Shown one piece after another: positions 20,395 to 29,068 of a stretch of DNA of 64,000 nucleotides. The position numbers were made by a program, and so were the translations under genes. This DNA comes from a bacterium. GTDB taxonomy: Bacteria; Electryoneota; Electryoneia; Electryoneales; Electryoneaceae. The stretch is taken from the NCBI GenBank assembly GCA_963675295.2, contig CAXXKJ010000001.1, forward strand, positions 192,001 to 256,000, written 5' to 3'. The stretch's first letter is position 1, and each line of letters begins with the position of its first letter. The notes under the pieces are model-generated. The model saw only the letters and a list, made by a program, of their open reading frames with translations. It had not been told where the DNA came from and searched no databases.

Positions 20395-22224
20395 CTAGCG
20401 GACCAGCATCGCCTTCTGTACCGCACTCATACGTCCCGGCACCGTCGCGCGCACGAAATACAGCCCGCTGGCGAGGTGGGATGCGTCGAACGTCAGCTCG
20501 TGCGACCCAGCCTCGAACGACCCCTCAGCCAGCTTAGCCACCTGCTGCCCGGCGACGTTGTACACCACCACCGACAGCTCGGACATCTCCGGCAGGGTGA
20601 CCGACAACGTTGTCGCGGCGTTGAACGGATTCGGCCATGCCGCACTCAGAGTGAACTCACGCGCCAACGCGGATTCGGTCCCGTCAGATGCCAACGCGTC
20701 GTTCAGCAACTGCGGGGCATTGTCCGCATCCCACGTCCATACATCGCCCGCAAGCTCCTGCCCGATCTTGCTGAAGCCGAAGACATCGGTCAGACGCCGG
20801 CCGCCCATGGTTCCAACATTCGAGATCAGTGCGTACTCACCCCCGGGAGCGATGGAGGGCACTGGCTGTCCCAGACCGGGAACCGTAATGTCCGTGTTCG
20901 CTGGCATGCTGAAGCTGTAGGAATGCGTCGGACCATACAAGTCGCCGTCCGGCAGCTGAACCATCGTCCACCACGTCACCATTCGTGGGGACATCGTGCC
21001 GTTCACCAGGCGTAGGCTGTACTCCAGCATGCCGCCGAACCCGGGGATGATCGTACTGGAGGTCGGCGTGATGGTGACACCGATCTCGGACGGTTGTTCC
21101 CACCATTTGACATAGCCGTCATCGTGCGCGGTGCTGCAGATATCCAGCAGCCCGTCGCCGTTGAAATCGCCGGTAGCGACCCCCCATGGTTCGTCAAAAC
21201 CGGCAGCAGCACGGTGCATCACCCAGACACTCGCGTCACCGTTGACGTTCTCCCAGTACGCGATACAGTCCATGCCCGCCATCGCGCAAAGCACGTCCAG
21301 ATCGCCATCGTCATCCATGTCAGAGGCGACCACATCATGCGGCGAAGGGAAATACCCTCCCTCGTAGATGATGAATTCGTGCGTGGTGAAACTGCCATCG
21401 TCGTTCTGCTGCCACCAGAACACCGTGTCGTGGTAGTAGGACACCCCAAGGATGTCGATGTCGCCATCACCATCGAGGTCGGCTGCGTCCAGGCCCCAGC
21501 AGCCGCCGTCACCGGTGTGCAGCTCGTGACGGGTCCACGTCAAGCCGAGCCCGTCCTCATTCGACCACCAGGCGAAGATGCCGTCCAGGCCGTACGAGTC
21601 GCCGATCAGGTCGGTGTCGCCGTCGCCATCCACATCGGTCGCGAGTACGAAGTTGGCGTTGATAAAATCCTCATCCACCGAGTGCTCGACCCACGTCGTG
21701 GCGTTGTCCTGATTCTCAAACCAGATCACGCGCCCTGCCTCAAGCGGGCGATGCATCACTGCGACATCGATGTCGCCGTCGCCGTCCATGTCCGCCGCCG
21801 AGGTACCCGGTGTGAATGGCATCCCAAGAGAGATATCGTGCCAGACCCAGTTCGTGCCGGATCCGTCCGGATTCTCCCACCAGTACACATGGCCGGCGTG
21901 CTTCGCGCCGATCATATCGATGTCGCCGTCGTTGTCCATGTCGACGGGATCCATCGAGGATAGCTCATTGCTGATGGTGTGCCTAACCCACGTGCCCCCC
22001 GCACCATCCTCATTTGACCACCAGTGTGTTCCCCCGATGAAAGCGGCGTAACCGAACATGTCCATGGCGCCGTCACCGTTGATGTCAGCGGTCTTCACCC
22101 ACGGCAACCCGCCGTTGTAGTCTTCACCCGTTCCGTCCACAGGGTGGAATTCCCACGCGAGCTGCGCCTGTGCGAACGACGCTGTCAATACGAGCAGAAA
22201 TACGACCGCAATCCATTTCTTCAT
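20395..22224 (-). CDS. FG-GAP/VCBS repeat protein with Ig-like domain and CTD
   Basis: Seven DxDGDGDxD repeats; signal peptide MKKWIAVVFLLVLTASFAQA; CTD. Confidence 0.88.
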   Translation of the reverse strand: MKKWIAVVFLLVLTASFAQAQLAWEFHPVDGTGEDYNGGLPWVKTADINGDGAMDMFGYAAFIGGTHWWSNEDGAGGTWVRHTISNELSSMDPVDMDNDGDIDMIGAKHAGHVYWWENPDGSGTNWVWHDISLGMPFTPGTSAADMDGDGDIDVAVMHRPLEAGRVIWFENQDNATTWVEHSVDEDFINANFVLATDVDGDGDTDLIGDSYGLDGIFAWWSNEDGLGLTWTRHELHTGDGGCWGLDAADLDGDGDIDILGVSYYHDTVFWWQQNDDGSFTTHEFIIYEGGYFPSPHDVVASDMDDDGDLDVLCAMAGMDCIAYWENVNGDASVWVMHRAAAGFDEPWGVATGDFNGDGLLDICSTAHDDGYVKWWEQPSEIGVTITPTSSTIIPGFGGMLEYSLRLVNGTMSPRMVTWWTMVQLPDGDLYGPTHSYSFSMPANTDITVPGLGQPVPSIAPGGEYALISNVGTMGGRRLTDVFGFSKIGQELAGDVWTWDADNAPQLLNDALASDGTESALAREFTLSAAWPNPFNAATTLSVTLPEMSELSVVVYNVAGQQVAKLAEGSFEAGSHELTFDASHLASGLYFVRATVPGRMSAVQKAMLVR

Positions 22225-22420
22225 GATCCCCTCTCCCCAAATTAGTGTGCATACGGCTTGGGCTAAAATACGGCGGTGACAACAGAAAAAGGAAGCTGAC
22301 CGACAGTTATTTCATGTTTATTCCGGCAGATCGCTCTCCATCAGCCTGACGATCCACCGTACCGTGTCCAACCCGCGGACCAAACTGGATGACACCTGCG
22401 AGGGTCGCTCGAACAACAAC

Positions 22421-22451
22421 AAAAACGGGAACGGATTATTCTCCGTTCCCG
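22421..22451 (-). terminator. Terminator after membrane protein gene
   Basis: cgggaacgga/tccgttcccg stem followed by ttttt on the minus strand. Confidence 0.7.
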
Positions 22452-22475
22452 ACATGAATGACTTCCCAGGACACG

Positions 22476-23090
22476 TTAGACAAATTCCAACTCGGGCTCG
22501 GTTCGGCCACTCTGAATCAGGATCATCGCCTGCAGGACTTCGCCCGCCAGCAAGACCAGCCCGCCGATTGGCGCGAGGAAAAAGGTCAGCATCAGCGCAG
22601 ACCCGATGATCTGGGTGTAGGCCAGTGGTCGCAGGTAGCCAAACAGGGATTCCTTCAGCCGCATCAACCGAACACCGAAGATGATGCCGAAGATGCTCAT
22701 TGGAATACCGACCGATGCCATCGCAATCAGTCCTGGTAAAATGACTGACAGTGCCTCCGCTCGACTCAGGTTGTCGTCCACGCTGAAGCCGATCACCGTG
22801 CGGAATACCGAGCCGATTACACTGATGAGGATGTTGCAGATAATCAGAAGGATGATCAACGTATCCACTTCGTGAAACTCGAAGCGATTGTTGAGCAGCC
22901 GCTTGAACCAGAGGAACCCGTAAACCGAACAGCCGACTTGCACGATTGTGATGAAAAGCGTGATCGGGTTAAGAATGCTGAACGAATATCCCATCAGCGA
23001 CATGATCACGCCAAGCACGCCGCCAATAATCATAAGTGACGCCGAGGCAACGGTCACCCAACCCGCGACTTCGTAACGTTCTTCCTGCAT
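22476..23090 (-). CDS. Multi-pass membrane protein, unknown function
   Basis: About six hydrophobic segments; GGGAG RBS; downstream of the HTH gene. Confidence 0.75.
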   Translation of the reverse strand: MQEERYEVAGWVTVASASLMIIGGVLGVIMSLMGYSFSILNPITLFITIVQVGCSVYGFLWFKRLLNNRFEFHEVDTLIILLIICNILISVIGSVFRTVIGFSVDDNLSRAEALSVILPGLIAMASVGIPMSIFGIIFGVRLMRLKESLFGYLRPLAYTQIIGSALMLTFFLAPIGGLVLLAGEVLQAMILIQSGRTEPELEFV

Positions 23091-23144
23091 GGTTCATCTC
23101 CCTTGAGCACATCCCGACTGGAAGATTCAAGCAACTCGTCACAA

Positions 23145-23294
23145 CTACCTGAAGTTGCAGAAGATCAAAACCAGATTCTCGAGATCGAACACGTCCCCGG
23201 ATACGGTGTCGAGGAGAAACAGAACTGTGATGATCGTCAGTATCACCAGCGCAATCGTCCGGCTCCACTCATGTTCCCTGCCTGACTCTTCCAT
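23145..23294 (-). CDS. Possible 49-aa small membrane protein
   Basis: GGGGAG upstream of ATG 23294; one TM-like segment IALVILTIITVLFLL; lies between the HTH and membrane protein genes. Confidence 0.4.
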   Translation of the reverse strand: MEESGREHEWSRTIALVILTIITVLFLLDTVSGDVFDLENLVLIFCNFR

Positions 23295-23349
23295 CTCTTC
23301 ATCTCCCCGGCATCCGGGATCAAGATCCCATCCCGTTGCCAGTCGTTCA

Positions 23350-23562
23350 TCAGACATAATCCGGTTCATGGACCAGAATGTCACCCGGCTGGCAATCGAG
23401 TTCCACACAAATCGCCTCCAACGTGCTGAAACGGATGCCTTTGACACGACCCGTTTTCAGCAACGACAGATTCGTCACCGAAATACCGATCTTCTCGGAC
23501 AATTCGGTCAGCTTCATCTTGCGCCTGGCAAGCATCACGTCGAGTGTCACTGTTATCGCCAT
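23350..23562 (-). CDS. Cro/C1-type HTH regulator (YozG-like)
   Basis: LDVMLARRKMKLTELSEKIGISVTNLSLLKTGRVKGIRFSTLEAICVELDCQPGDIL. Confidence 0.9.
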   Translation of the reverse strand: MAITVTLDVMLARRKMKLTELSEKIGISVTNLSLLKTGRVKGIRFSTLEAICVELDCQPGDILVHEPDYV

Positions 23563-23681
23563 GGTGTGATATTACATAAAGGATCTTATGAGAGTCAAGG
23601 ATTTTTTTATGTAAAACATAAAATAGCTCCGCAGAGAGACTCCGAGGACGGGCAGGTTTTTCAGATTCAACTCAGGAGAAA

Positions 23682-24605
23682 TCAGTCCTGGCCCGGCAAC
23701 GCGCTGACCGGCACCGCGAGCGTGGCCCGGACAAACAGTGACGGGTCCAGTTCGTTGTCGCTGAAGAGGTCTTCGTTGCGATCATAAACCTTGTACATCC
23801 GCAGTCCGGCTGCCATGCCGCCGCTGAGACGAAGGCGCAGGTAGGATCCCAGAGCAACCTCGACCTTCGGACCGGCGGTCATCTGGGCGTACTCGATGTT
23901 GAAGCCTTCGTTCAACGAACGGCTGAGCCAGTAGTTGTAGCCGTCCAGTTCGACCGCCAGCCCGGCGCTGAACGTTTCGCTGAACTGCCACATCCACTCG
24001 GCGTTCGACGGCAGCATCAGCATTACGTGCCACTGGGATGCCTTGTACGTATACCCCAGCATCGGGAGCAACATCGGACGCCCGAGCTGCGAGGAATATC
24101 GCGCGCCGAAGGTAACGTCGGAATGGCCGGACAGCATGCGCACCGCGAACACACCGCCTTGCACCTGGAAGGAATTCTTGTCCACGCCGTTGTACGCGTC
24201 GGTATAAAACCCAGGGCTGACAACTGCGAGCCCGATCCAGTCGGAGCTGAACTGGTGACGGATCAGCATCCGGTATGCACCGCCGGCAAGGCCTTCGCCG
24301 ATATCGTCCGCATACTGCAGTTGGCCGGGGGAGGGATCATTCTGGTACGACAGGTCCATGTACTGCCCGCTGAGGCCGTGCAGGATCCGCCAGTCGTTGC
24401 CGAGGTCCGTCTGCCAGAACCACGCCTCGAAATCATAGCGCATCACGTCCACTTCCAGCTCCGGCGCGCCGGAGACCGGCTCCGCCAGCGTCGCCGGGGC
24501 GAAATACGACGTCGAGAACGCCACCAGGTCCTGGGCTTGGCTAGAGTGCGCGTGGAAGACCAGCACACAACAAATCGCCAGCAGCAGAGAGAGTCGCTTT
24601 GTCAT
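23682..24605 (-). CDS. Outer-membrane beta-barrel protein (DUF6268-like)
   Basis: Signal peptide; amphipathic beta strands; G.RYSSQLG.PMLLPMLGYTY and LMLP motif recalled for this family. Confidence 0.65.
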   Translation of the reverse strand: MTKRLSLLLAICCVLVFHAHSSQAQDLVAFSTSYFAPATLAEPVSGAPELEVDVMRYDFEAWFWQTDLGNDWRILHGLSGQYMDLSYQNDPSPGQLQYADDIGEGLAGGAYRMLIRHQFSSDWIGLAVVSPGFYTDAYNGVDKNSFQVQGGVFAVRMLSGHSDVTFGARYSSQLGRPMLLPMLGYTYKASQWHVMLMLPSNAEWMWQFSETFSAGLAVELDGYNYWLSRSLNEGFNIEYAQMTAGPKVEVALGSYLRLRLSGGMAAGLRMYKVYDRNEDLFSDNELDPSLFVRATLAVPVSALPGQD

Positions 24606-24640
24606 GCAGCCTCAAGGGGATTGGGATTGATGGAACCAGA

Positions 24641-24674
24641 AACGGGAGCAGCAACATAATGCACTGCTCCCGTT
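24641..24674 (-). terminator. Hairpin after gene 24746..27271
   Basis: aacgggagcag/ctgctcccgtt inverted repeat. Confidence 0.55.
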
Positions 24675-24745
24675 GAATAAACCCATTTCATGCTGGTGAG
24701 GTGGATTTGAATACGATCCGGATCCCCACTAACGGCAACCGCCGC

Positions 24746-27271
24746 TTATCGGACCAGCATCATCTTCTGCGCCTGATTCAGCAGGCCCGGCACGGTCGCG
24801 CGCACGATGTACAGCCCGCTGGCGAGCGAAGACGCGTCGAGGGTGAACTCGTGCTGCCCGGCGGTGTACGATCCATGCGCCAGTTCCGCGACCCGTTGCC
24901 CGGCGACGTTGTACACGATCACATTCAACTCAGACGCCGCCGGCAAACTCACTGTTACCGTCGTCGTGGCGTTGAACGGGTTCGGCCAGGCGGGGTTCAG
25001 CGCATACTTAACGGGCAGGTCCGTGCCTGCGGTTGCCGCCGCTACCGTTCCACCAGGCAGCTCAAGCCCCCAACTCGCCCAGTCCACTCTACGTGTGGGT
25101 CCCGAGGCCGGAACCACCTCAAACTCGAAAACGTCCTTGCCGATCGCGGTACCCGGGTGGCTTCCCGCCTTCATCCGGAAGGTGTAGCGGCCGAGCGGCG
25201 CATCGGCGGGGACGATCTGCACAATGTCCGTCTCCTCGATCACCATAGACGGCGTAAATTCAACGTCCCGGATCAGCCAGATCGGCGACACGAGATACCC
25301 GCTTGGCGTGTAAACATCCGCCCAGACATCGACCAATTGAGTGCTCTGCAAGTTGCTGGACAACAGCGCGTCATAGGTGAACCATCCACCTTGCGGCACG
25401 GTCAATGGGTAATCTGCGATCAACGTGATATCGATCAGCTTGTTCGTCGCCTGACGGCAATCCAGCACGAGAAACTTGTCCCGGTCGGCGACGCAGACAT
25501 AGTCCTCGTCCTCAGAACTGACCTGGTACGCTCGGTCGGGTGTGTCATAGTAGCCGGTGAACAGGGGACGCGCGGGATCGGTGATGTCGAAGACTGCCAC
25601 ACCCCAGACATGACAGGCGAGGAACGCCGTATGTCCGACCAAGCTTATGTCCAGGGCATTAAGAGTTCGTCCGTCATAGGCGACTTCAAATGGTGCGGAC
25701 GGATCGCTGACATCCAACACACGCAAACCGCCGTGAGCGAGCAGGAGGTAGTGGTCAACTTGCGCCATATCCGAAACATGATAGAGGTTGCCCATGAAGT
25801 GACCGATCAATTGTGGATTGGAAAGATCGCTGATATCGTATATCCGGAGGCCTTCCTCGCGCAGCGTGAAGTATGCGAGGTCGCCATCAATGCAGATGCT
25901 GTCGAGCAATGGCCCATCCTCAAGGAAAGTTGAGATGAGCTGCGGATTTGTCGGATTCGTTACATCCAACACGAAGACAATGGGGCCGATGGTAGCTCCC
26001 AGAAACGCTGTCCCATCAGCGATATGGACCAGGTACACCTCTGCGGGCAAATCGACATTTGCAGCAACCTGCGGATTCGTCGGATCGTTGATATCGACGA
26101 CTAACAGGCCGTATTCACGACAAGGGGCATACAGATAGTTTCCATCAACGACAAACTGCTGCGGTTCCGGCAGATCCAAGTGACCAGTCTCGACAGGATT
26201 TCCCGGGTCGCTCACATCAACGACAAACATCCCCGCGTCTCTCGTTCCGACATACGCATACCCATCGGATTGAACAACAGCCTGGATATCATCAACCGCT
26301 CGGAACTGATTCACCTCGGTCGGTGCTGACGGTGTCGACACATCAAGGATCCGCATCCCCTCAAAGTTGTTGGCGAGAAATGCATAATTTCCAACGACAG
26401 AGATGTTCTTTGTGCGTACACCTGGATCGATCACGCTGACGTACACCGGTACCTCCTGATCGCTCAGGTCTACGATCACCATACCGTCGCCCTCGCAGGA
26501 CAGGAAAGCATACTGTCCGGCGAGTTCGATCTTCTCCGGATCTTCCTGCATGCTGAGAACATGTACTTCAACAGGATTCGTTGGATCGCTGATGTCAAAT
26601 GTTCGCAGGCCATGGTTGTCGCAGGTGATATACAGGTAGTCCCCGGAAACCGCGACACCGTACGCATCGTACATCACGACCTGCGCGACCGGCTGCGCGT
26701 TCAACGGATCGCTGATGTCAACCACGATCAACCCCTCGTCATCACCGGCGACATACAGATAATCCCCATCAACGGTCAGATCTTCGATTCCGTAGACCAG
26801 GTTTATCGTGTTCACATTCGCCGGGTTGGAGGGATCACTGATATCAAACACCTCGATCTGACTTGCAAAATGCTCGGCGACGAAGAGGTAGTTGTCCTGG
26901 ACAGCAACAGCAGTGACACTGAGAACGTCACACGTAGAGACAAGTTCCGGGTTCAACGGGTCCGCAATGTCCACGATGTGAGCCTGGTAGTCGCCCATCA
27001 CGATGTACTGCCCGAAACGGGTGAGGCAGGCACCGTCAAATCCCGGCGGACTGACGGAACTCACTTCCACCGGATGGTTTACATCGCTGATATCCACGAT
27101 GTGCAACCCGCCCGCAAGGACATAGGCGTACGATCCGTCAACCATGATGTCCACGGCCATCTCCCAATGGAGATCGTACAAGGAACCGGCGATAGAAACG
27201 TTCAGGCTATCCTGGGCAAACACGGGAAGGCACAGCAGCAGCGCGGCGAAGATGACGAGCAGGTGTTTCAT
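24746..27271 (-). CDS. LVIVD repeat protein with Ig-like domain and CTD
   Basis: ATG 27271 after GAGG; signal MKHLLVIFAALLLCLPVFA; mature N-terminus QDSLNVSxAGSLYD shared with 18041..20188; LVIVD repeats; CTD. Confidence 0.88.
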   Translation of the reverse strand: MKHLLVIFAALLLCLPVFAQDSLNVSIAGSLYDLHWEMAVDIMVDGSYAYVLAGGLHIVDISDVNHPVEVSSVSPPGFDGACLTRFGQYIVMGDYQAHIVDIADPLNPELVSTCDVLSVTAVAVQDNYLFVAEHFASQIEVFDISDPSNPANVNTINLVYGIEDLTVDGDYLYVAGDDEGLIVVDISDPLNAQPVAQVVMYDAYGVAVSGDYLYITCDNHGLRTFDISDPTNPVEVHVLSMQEDPEKIELAGQYAFLSCEGDGMVIVDLSDQEVPVYVSVIDPGVRTKNISVVGNYAFLANNFEGMRILDVSTPSAPTEVNQFRAVDDIQAVVQSDGYAYVGTRDAGMFVVDVSDPGNPVETGHLDLPEPQQFVVDGNYLYAPCREYGLLVVDINDPTNPQVAANVDLPAEVYLVHIADGTAFLGATIGPIVFVLDVTNPTNPQLISTFLEDGPLLDSICIDGDLAYFTLREEGLRIYDISDLSNPQLIGHFMGNLYHVSDMAQVDHYLLLAHGGLRVLDVSDPSAPFEVAYDGRTLNALDISLVGHTAFLACHVWGVAVFDITDPARPLFTGYYDTPDRAYQVSSEDEDYVCVADRDKFLVLDCRQATNKLIDITLIADYPLTVPQGGWFTYDALLSSNLQSTQLVDVWADVYTPSGYLVSPIWLIRDVEFTPSMVIEETDIVQIVPADAPLGRYTFRMKAGSHPGTAIGKDVFEFEVVPASGPTRRVDWASWGLELPGGTVAAATAGTDLPVKYALNPAWPNPFNATTTVTVSLPAASELNVIVYNVAGQRVAELAHGSYTAGQHEFTLDASSLASGLYIVRATVPGLLNQAQKMMLVR

Positions 27272-27503
27272 AGGGCACCTCAATAAGTGAGCATGTAGCC
27301 TAAGTTTGAGAAATAGGTCATGCGATAAAGTACAATCCGATGTAGTCTCATTCAATGATCTGACGGTCTGGTTCACACTTTTTTCCGTGTCCGGCTCGTC
27401 ACGCCGTACAGAGGGAACGTGCACACCAGCCCTACCGTTCAATACACATCTTCCGTATCTTCGAAGCGATTGCACCCGCCTACAATACGCCGGGGGAGAC
27501 CGC

Positions 27504-28289
27504 GTGGAGCTGTTCCGCATCGGCTTTTTGAGTGTCGGCCTTATCGACATCGTCGACATCGCTTTGGTCGCGTACATCTTTTACAAGCTGTACTCGGTCA
27601 TGCGTGGCACTCGTGGTTCGCAGATGGTGATTGGACTGCTGCTCTTGTTCATCGCCAGCCTGGTCGTCGGTGCGCTCGGCCTGAAAGCGACAACCTGGTT
27701 GGCGCAGTCGGTGGCGCAGGTGTGGGTGCTGGCTTTCGTCATCCTGTTCCAGCCGGAACTGCGGCGCCTGATGGTACAAATTGGCCAGACACGTCTTGTC
27801 CAACGCCTGCTACGCGTGCGAGGAACCAAGGCGATCGAGGAAATCGTCAAGTCGGCGGTGCAGCTTTCCGAGAAACGGTACGGCGGCCTGTTCGTGCTGC
27901 AACGCGACATCGGTCTGCGTGGGATCATCGAGACCGGCGTCAAGATGCAGAGCGAAGTCTCCAGCGAACTGCTGGTGTCGCTGTTCTTTCCACGCACGCC
28001 CCTGCATGATGGCGCGGTGGTCATCAGCGGCAACCTGATCGAGGCGGCCGCCTGCATCCTGCCGTTGAGCGAGAATCCGAACATCGACGCGTCCATCGGC
28101 ACCCGGCACCGGGCGGCACTCGGTGTCTCCGAGGAGTCGGACGCCGCGGCGGTGGTCGTCAGCGAGGAAACCGGACAGATTTCCATCGCCTACCGGGGCG
28201 AATTTCTCGAGCGCGGCATCACCGGAGATGAACTCCGCGATCACCTGAAGAAGATCTTCGAACGCGTCAGCCATAACCTGGCGGACTGA
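27504..28289 (+). CDS. cdaA: Diadenylate cyclase CdaA/DacA
   Basis: Three N-terminal TMs, FQPELRR, PLHDGAVVI, GTRHRAALG, VSEETG; GTG start after GGGGAG. Confidence 0.92.
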   Translation: MELFRIGFLSVGLIDIVDIALVAYIFYKLYSVMRGTRGSQMVIGLLLLFIASLVVGALGLKATTWLAQSVAQVWVLAFVILFQPELRRLMVQIGQTRLVQRLLRVRGTKAIEEIVKSAVQLSEKRYGGLFVLQRDIGLRGIIETGVKMQSEVSSELLVSLFFPRTPLHDGAVVISGNLIEAAACILPLSENPNIDASIGTRHRAALGVSEESDAAAVVVSEETGQISIAYRGEFLERGITGDELRDHLKKIFERVSHNLAD

Positions 28290-28309
28290 ACGCACTTGGA
28301 CGACTGGCT

Positions 28310-28338
28310 ATGTGCCCCTGATGGCTTTGCCAGCAGGG
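28310..28338 (+). repeat. REP left of RAYT
   Basis: atgtgcccctgatggctttgccagcaggg, an imperfect hairpin and inverted copy (2 mismatches) of the right-hand REPs. Confidence 0.85.
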
Positions 28339-28369
28339 CTTCGTTAGAGGATCTGAACTTGGAGGCGCT

Positions 28370-28903
28370 GTGCCTCGATATCGAATTGATGATCCTGCTG
28401 CCGCACACTATCTAACATTTTCATGTCATCAACGGCGTTTAATGTTTTTGAATCCAATACTATGTAATTTGTTTCTAGAAAAACTACACGATGCAAGAAA
28501 CAAGTTGAACTTTCAGTTGTTGGCTTATGTAATCATGCCTAATCATGTACATCTGCTCCTGTTTCCCGGTTCGATTCCCATGAAGGAAATACTATACCGC
28601 GTAAAGCAGCCGTTCAGCTATCATGCGGGTATGTATTTCAAGAAAAATAGGCCTGATCTTCACCGAGATCTCTGTGTGAAACGGGGTTCAAAATGGTCGT
28701 TCCGTTTCTGGCTGGCGGGAGGTGGATTCGACAGGCTACTGTACACGAATGACGATATCCAGACACGAATTCGTTATACTCACCGTAATCCTCTCAGATG
28801 GGGGATAACGGAAGATCCGGAAATGTACCCGTGGTCTAGTTTCCACGCCTATTCCAATAAGGCCGGGAAACCCATTCCCATAGATCGTCCCGAGTGGATA
28901 TAG
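28370..28903 (+). mobile_element. REP-associated tyrosine transposase (RAYT, Y1 HUH family)
   Basis: HYLTFSC, YVIMPNHVHLL (HUH), YTHRNP..YPWSS; AT-richer than neighbours; flanked by inverted REPs. Confidence 0.9.
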
Positions 28904-28905
28904 CG

Positions 28906-29001
28906 GGCGGATGATCCCTGCTGGCGGAGCCATCAGGGGCACATGACCGGGCGAGGAAACTGGCGGATAATCCCTGCTGGCGGAGCCATCAGGGGCACAT
29001 G
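28906..29001 (-). repeat. Two tandem REP copies right of RAYT
   Basis: ggcggat(g/a)atccctgctggcggagccatcaggggcacatg at 28906-28945 and 28962-29001. Confidence 0.9.
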
Positions 29002-29068
29002 TCAGCGACACTTGGAAACGGCACAAACTGTGCGATGGCAGAGAAGCGAGCAGAACACAGGATCCACC

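Noticed and set aside
4837-22224. Integron cassette array
   Set aside because: No integrase, no clear GTTRRRY-bounded attC sites, and genes have long upstream regions with promoter-like motifs; only an analogy is kept.
15900-22224. Shufflon or invertible locus
   Set aside because: No site-specific recombinase and no promoterless partial gene ends; all copies appear to be complete genes.
28906-29001. Two 40-bp direct repeats as a mini-CRISPR
   Set aside because: Only two units with a 16-bp gap, an inverted copy across a RAYT, and no cas genes; they fit REPs.
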